Source: Nemertoderma westbladi
Lineage: Eukaryota > Animalia > Xenacoelomorpha
DNA length: 64,000 bases
Assembly: GCA_032718475.1 (NCBI GenBank)
Contig: JAUCBJ010000375.1
Span: 24,960-88,959 of the forward strand
Reading direction: 5' to 3'
The notes below the pieces were generated by a model. That model saw nothing but the letters and a program-made list of their open reading frames with translations, made no database searches and was not told the DNA's origin. Made by a program: the position numbers and the translations under genes. Numbering within the stretch: position 1 is the first letter of the stretch; each line of letters opens with the position of its first letter. This document shows, in pieces, positions 57,833-64,000 of the stretch.

Positions 57833-60800
57833 ACACCCATTAATATAAATTAAGTCCTGCCCGTGTAAGGCTCAGCACATACACCCATTAAAATAAATTA
57901 AGGCCTGCCCGTGTAAGGCACAGCACATACACCCATTAATATAAATTAAGTCCTGCCCGTGTAAGGCACAGCACATACACCCATTAAAATAAATTAAGGC
58001 CTGCCCGTGTAAGGCACAGCACATACACCCATTAATATAAATTAAGTCCTGCCCGTGTAAGGCTCAGCACATACACCCATTAAAATAAATTAAGTCCTGC
58101 CCGTGTAAGGCTCAGCACATACACCCATTAAAATAAATTAAGTCCTGCCCCTGTAAGGCACAGCACATACACCCATTAAAATAAATTAAGGCCTGCCCGT
58201 GTAAGGCACAGCACATACACCCATTAATATAAATTAAGTCCTGCCCGTGTAAGGCTCAGCACATACACCCATTAATATAAATTAAGGCCTGCCCTTGTAA
58301 GGCACAGCAGATACACCCATTAAAATAAATTAAGTCCTGCCCCTGTAAGGCACAGCACATACACCCATTAAAATAAATTAAGGCCCTCCCTTGTAAGGCT
58401 CAGCAGATACACCCATTAAAATAAATTAAGTCCTGCCCATGTAAGGCACAGCACATACACCCATTAAAATAAATTAAGTCCTGCCCCTGTAAGGCACAGC
58501 ACATACACCCATTAAAATAAATTAAGGCCCTCCCTTGTAAGGCTCAGCAGATACACCCATTAAAATAAATTAAGTCCTGCCCCTGTAAGGCTCAGCACAT
58601 ACACCCATTAAAATAAATTAAGTCCTGCCCGTGTAAGGCACAGCACATACACCCATTAAAATAAATTAAGTCCTGCCCCTGTAAGGCACAGCACATACAC
58701 CCATTAATATAAATTAAGTCCTGCCCGTGTAAGGCTCAGCACATACACCCATTAATATAAATTAAGTCCTGCCCGTGTAAGGCTCAGCACATACACCCAT
58801 TAAAATAAATTAAGGCCCTCCCGTGTAAGGCTCAGCACATACACCCATTAATATAAATTAAGTCCTGCCCCTGTAAGGCTCAGCACATACACCCATTAAA
58901 ATAAATTAAGTCCTGCCCGTGTAAGGCACAGCACATACACCCATTAATATAAATTAAGTCCTGCCCGTGTAAGGCTCAGCACATACACCCATTAAAATAA
59001 ATAAAGTCCTGCCCGTGTAAGGCACAGCACATACACCCATTAATATAAATTAAGTCCTGCCCGTGTAAGGCTCAGCACATACACCCATTAAAATAAATTA
59101 AGGCCTGCCCGTGTAAGGCTCAGCACATACACCCATTAAAATAAATTAAGTCCTGCCCGTGTAAGGCTCAGCACATACACCCATTAATATAAATTAAGTC
59201 CTGCCCGTGTAAGGCTCAGCACATACACCCATTAAAATAAATTAAGGCCTGCCCGTGTAAGGCTCAGCACATACACCCATTAAAATAAATTAAGTCCTGC
59301 CCCTGTAAGGCACAGCACATACACCCATTAAAATAAATTAAGTCCTGCCCGTGTAAGGCACAGCACATACACCCATTAAAATAAATTAAGGCCTGCCCGT
59401 GTAAGGCTCAGCACATACACCCATTAAAATAAATTAAGGCCTGCCCGTGTAAGGCACAGCACATACACCCATTAAAATAAATTAAGTCCTGCCCCTGTAA
59501 GGCACAGCACATACACCCATTAAAATAAATTAAGGCCTGCCCGTGTAAGGCTCAGCACATACACCCATTAAAATAAATTAAGGCCTGCCCGTGTAAGGCA
59601 CAGCACATACACCCATTAAAATAAATTAAGTCCTGCCCCTGTAAGGCACAGCACATACACCCATTAAAATAAATTAAGGCCTGCCCGTGTAAGGCTCAGC
59701 ACATACACCCATTAAAATAAATTAAGGCCTGCCCGTGTAAGGCTCAGCACATACACCCATTAAAATAAATTAAGGCCTGCCCGTGTAAGGCTCAGCACAT
59801 ACACCCATTAAAATAAATTAAGTCCTGCCCCTGTAAGGCACAGCACATACACCCATTAAAATAAATTAAGTCCTGCCCGTGAAAGGCACAGCACATACAC
59901 CCATTAAAATAAATTAAGGCCTGCCCGTGTAAGGCTCAGCACATACACCCATTAAAATAAATTAAGGCCTGCCCGTGTAAGGCACAGCACATACACCCAT
60001 TAAAATAAATTAAGTCCTGCCCCTGTAAGGCACAGCACATACACCCATTAAAATAAATTAAGTCCTGCCCGTGTAAGGCACAGCACATACACCCATTAAA
60101 ATAAATTAAGGCCTGCCCGTGTAAGGCTCAGCACATACACCCATTAAAATAAATTAAGGCCTGCCCGTGTAAGGCACAGCACATACACCCATTAAAATAA
60201 ATTAAGTCCTGCCCGTGTAAGGCTCAGCACATACACCCATTAATATAAATTAAGTCCTGCCCGTGTAAGGCTCAGCACATACACCCATTAAAATAAATTA
60301 AGGCCTGCCCGTGTAAGGCTCAGCACATACACCCATTAAAATAAATTAAGGCCTGCCCGTGTAAGGCACAGCACATACACCCATTAAAATAAATTAAGTC
60401 CTGCCCCTGTAAGGCACAGCACATACACCCATTAAAATAAATTAAGTCCTGCCCGTGTAAGGCACAGCACATACACCCATTAAAATAAATTAAGGCCTGC
60501 CCGTGTAAGGCTCAGCACATACACCCATTAAAATAAATTAAGGCCTGCCCGTGTAAGGCACAGCACATACACCCATTAAAATAAATTAAGTCCTGCCCCT
60601 GTAAGGCACAGCACATACACCCATTAAAATAAATTAAGTCCTGCCCGTGTAAGGCACAGCACATACACCCATTAAAATAAATTAAGTCCTGCCCGTGTAA
60701 GGCTCAGCACATACACCCATTAATATAAATTAAGTCCTGCCCGTGTAAGGCTCAGCACATACACCCATTAAAATAAATTAAGTCCTGCCCGTGTAAGGCT

Positions 60801-61855
60801 CAGCACATACACCCATTAATATAAATTAAGTCCTGCCCGTGTAAGGCTCAGCACATACACCCATTAATATAAATTAAGTCCTGCCCGTGTAAGGCTCAGC
60901 ACATACACCCATTAATATAAATTAAGTCCTGCCCGTGTAAGGCTCAGCACATACACCCATTAATATAAATTAAGTCCTGCCCGTGTAAGGCTCAGCACAT
61001 ACACCCATTAAAATAAATTAAGTCCTGCCCCTGTAAGGCACAGCACATACACCCATTAAAATAAATTAAGTCCTGCCCGTGTAAGGCTCAGCACATACAC
61101 CCATTAAAATAAATTAAGTCCTGCCCATGTAAGGCTCAGCACATACACCCATTAAAATAAATTAAGTCCTGCCCCTGTAAGGCACAGCACATACACCCAT
61201 TAAAATAAATTAAGTCCTGCCCGTGTAAGGCTCAGCACATACACCCATTAAAATAAATTAAGTCCTGCCCCTGTAAAGCACAGCACATACACCCATTAAA
61301 ATAAATTAAGTCCTGCCCCTGTAAGGCACAGCACATACACCCATTAAAATAAATTAAGTCCTGCCCGTGTAAGGCACAGCACATACACCCATTAAAATAA
61401 ATTAAGTCCTGCCCCTGTAAGGCACAGCACATACACCCATTAAAATAAATTAAGTCCTGCCCGTGTAAGGCACAGCACATACACCCATTAAAATAAATTA
61501 AGTCCTGCCCCTGTAAAGCACAGCACATACACCCATTAAAATAAATTAAGTCCTGCCCCTGTAAGGCACAGCACATACACCCATTAAAATAAATTAAGTC
61601 CTGCCCCTGTAAGGCACAGCACATACACCCATTAAAAGAAATTAAGTCCTGCCCCTGTAAGGCTCAGCACATACACCCATTAATATAAATTAAGTCCTGC
61701 CCATGTAAGGCACAGCACATACACCCATTAAAAGAAATTAAGTCCTGCCCCTGTAAGGCTCAGCACATACACCCATTAATATAAATTAAGTCCTGCCCGT
61801 GTAAGGCTCAGCACATACACCCATTAATATAAATTAAGTCCTGCCCGTGTAAGGC

Positions 61856-62728
61856 TCAGCACATACACCCATTAAAATAAATTAAGTCCTGCCCCTGTAA
61901 AGCACAGCACATACACCCATTAAAATAAATTAAGTCCTGCCCCTGTAAGGCACAGCACATACACCCATTAAAATAAATTAAGTCCTGCCCCTGTAAGGCA
62001 CAGCACATACACCCATTAAAATAAATTAAGTCCTGCCCCTGTAAGGCACAGCACATACACCCATTAAAATAAATTAAGTCCTGCCCCTGTAAGGCACAGC
62101 ACATACACCCATTAAAATAAATTAAGTCCTGCCCGTGTAAGGCACAGCACATACACCCATTAAAATAAATTAAGTCCTGCCCCTGTAAAGCACAGCACAT
62201 ACACCCATTAAAATAAATTAAGTCCTGCCCCTGTAAGGCACAGCACATACACCCATTAAAATAAATTAAGTCCTGCCCATGTAAGGCACAGCACATACAC
62301 CCATTAAAATAAATTAAGTCCTGCCCCTGTAAAGCACAGCACATACACCCATTAAAATAAATTAAGTCCTGCCCCTGTAAGGCACAGCACATACACCCAT
62401 TAAAATAAATTAAGTCCTGCCCCTGTAAGGCACAGCACATACACCCATTAAAATAAATTAAGTCCTGCCCGTGTAAGGCACAGCACATACACCCATTAAA
62501 ATAAATTAAGTCCTGCCCCTGTAAGGCACAGCACATACACCCATTAAAATAAATTAAGTCCTGCCCGTGTAAGGCACAGCACATACACCCATTAAAATAA
62601 ATTAAGTCCTGCCCCTGTAAGGCACAGCACATACACCCATTAAAATAAATTAAGTCCTGCCCCTGTAAGGCACAGCACATACACCCATTAAAATAAATTA
62701 AGTCCTGCCCGTGTAAGGCACAGCACAT
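61856..62728 (-). other. Repeat-derived ORF (MCCALQGQDLIYFNGC)n, 290 aa; probably not a gene
   Basis: Supplied ORF track; a run of GGCACAG/AGCACAG units. Confidence refers to coding status. Confidence 0.08.
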
Positions 62729-64000
62729 ACACCCATTAAAATAAATTAATGCCCTCCCTTGTAAGGCTCAGCACATACACCCATTAATATAAATTAAGTC
62801 CTGCCCGTGTAAGGCTCAGCACATACACCCATTAAAATAAATTAAGGCCCTCCCTTGTAAGGCTCAGCACATACACCCATTAATATAAATTAAGTCCTGC
62901 CCGTGTAAGGCTCAGCAAATACACCCATTAATATAAATTAAGTCCTGCCCGTGTAAGGCTCAGCATGTACACCCATTAATATAAATTAAGTCCTGCCCGT
63001 GTAAGGCTCAGCACATACACCCATTAATATAAATTAAGTCCTGCCCCTGTAAGGCTCAGCACATACACCCATTAAAATAAATTAAGGCCCTCCCTTGTAA
63101 GGCTCAGCAGATACACCCATTAAAATAAATTAAGTCCTGCCCGTGTAAGGCTCAGCACATACACCCATTAAAATAAATTAAGGCCCTCCCTTGTAAGGCT
63201 CAGCACATACACCCATTAAAATAAATTAAGTCCTGCCCGTGTAAGGCTCAGCAGATACACCCATTAAAATAAATTAAGTCCTGCCCATGTAAGGCTCAGC
63301 ACATACACCCATTAAAATAAATTAAGGCCCTCCCTTGTAAGGCTCAGCACATACACCCATTAAAATAAATTAAGTCCTGCCCGTGTAAGGCTCAGCACAT
63401 ACATCCATTAAAATAAATTAAGTCCTGCCCGTGTAAGGCTCAGCACATACACCCATTAAAATAAATTAAGGCCCTCCCTTGTAAGGCTCAGCACATACAC
63501 CCATTAAAATAAATTAAGTCCTGCCCGTGTAAGGCTCAGCTGATACACCCATTAAAATAAATTAAGTCCTGCCCATGTAAGGCTCAGCACATACACCCAT
63601 TAAAATAAATTAAGGCCCTCCCTTGTAAGGCTCAGCACATACACCCATTAAAATAAATTAAGTCCTGCCCGTGTAAGGCTCAGCACATACACCCATTAAA
63701 ATAAATTAAGGCCCTCCCTTGTAAGGCTCAGCACATACACCCATTAAAATAAATTAAGGCCCTCCCTTGTAAGGCACAGCAGATACACCCATTAAAATAA
63801 ATTAAGTCCTGCCCCTGTAAGGCTCAGCAGATACACCCATTAAAATAAATTAAGTCCTGCCCGTGTAAGGCTCAGCACATACACCCATTAATATAAATTA
63901 AGTCCTGCCCATGTAAGGCTCAGCACATACACCCATTAAAATAAATTAAGGCCCTCCCTTGTAAGGCTCAGCACATACACCCATTAAAATAAATTAAGGC

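Larger units (their letters stand above)
1..64000. repeat. Tandem satellite/minisatellite array, 48-bp unit, about 1,331 copies, single orientation, extends beyond both window ends
   Basis: The consensus TCCTGCCCGTGTAAGGCTCAGCACATACACCCATTAAAATAAATTAAG recurs every 48 bp (unit starts 1, 49, 97 ... 63951). Phase accounting with 30 indel units (net +110 bp) closes exactly at 63998. No non-repeat sequence seen. Confidence 0.99.

Noticed and set aside
7946-62728. Eight supplied Cys-rich ORFs as protein-coding genes (metallothionein-like or keratin-associated-like)
   Set aside because: All are the same repeat phase. They start at the ATG present in most units and end at the next GGCTCA unit. There is no unique sequence, signal peptide or gene context.
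1-64000. CRISPR array
   Set aside because: There are no unique spacers; the variable positions are a few recurring alleles, and no cas genes are present.
1-64000. Immunoglobulin switch region (similar unit size of about 49 bp)
   Set aside because: It lacks the AGCT/GAGCT/GGGGT motif density, and the array is far longer than switch regions.
1-64000. Telomeric repeat, tRNA, 5S or snRNA tandem array
   Set aside because: There is no short telomeric motif, cloverleaf, A/B box or recognisable RNA gene, and the unit is too short.
1-64000. G-quadruplex array on the minus strand
   Set aside because: There are only two or three GGG runs per unit, separated by long loops including a 15-bp A/T tract; no canonical four-tract motif.

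Overview
The whole 64,000-bp window is one uninterrupted, head-to-tail tandem array of a 48-bp unit. The consensus is TCCTGCCCGTGTAAGGCTCAGCACATACACCCATTAAAATAAATTAAG, about 42% GC. Tracking the unit phase by hand gives 1,331 complete units plus 2 bp. Of these, 1,301 are exactly 48 bp, 27 are 52 bp, and one each is 49, 50 and 47 bp. I see no unique sequence, inversion, transposon, RNA gene or CRISPR spacer, and the array runs off both ends. It is best described as a large minisatellite or satellite array, probably eukaryotic; the organism cannot be told from the sequence. Its structure lies in the order of unit variants: regional variant domains, local higher-order repeats, homogenised runs and long-range duplications. 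All eight supplied ORFs are translations of the repeat in one minus-strand phase, which opens wherever one base turns TGA into TGT. They are probably not genes. The TGA/TGT toggle at a Cys codon, with a 17.6-kb stretch whose only stops are TGA, is the most testable oddity. I cannot support a novel biological system from this window alone.
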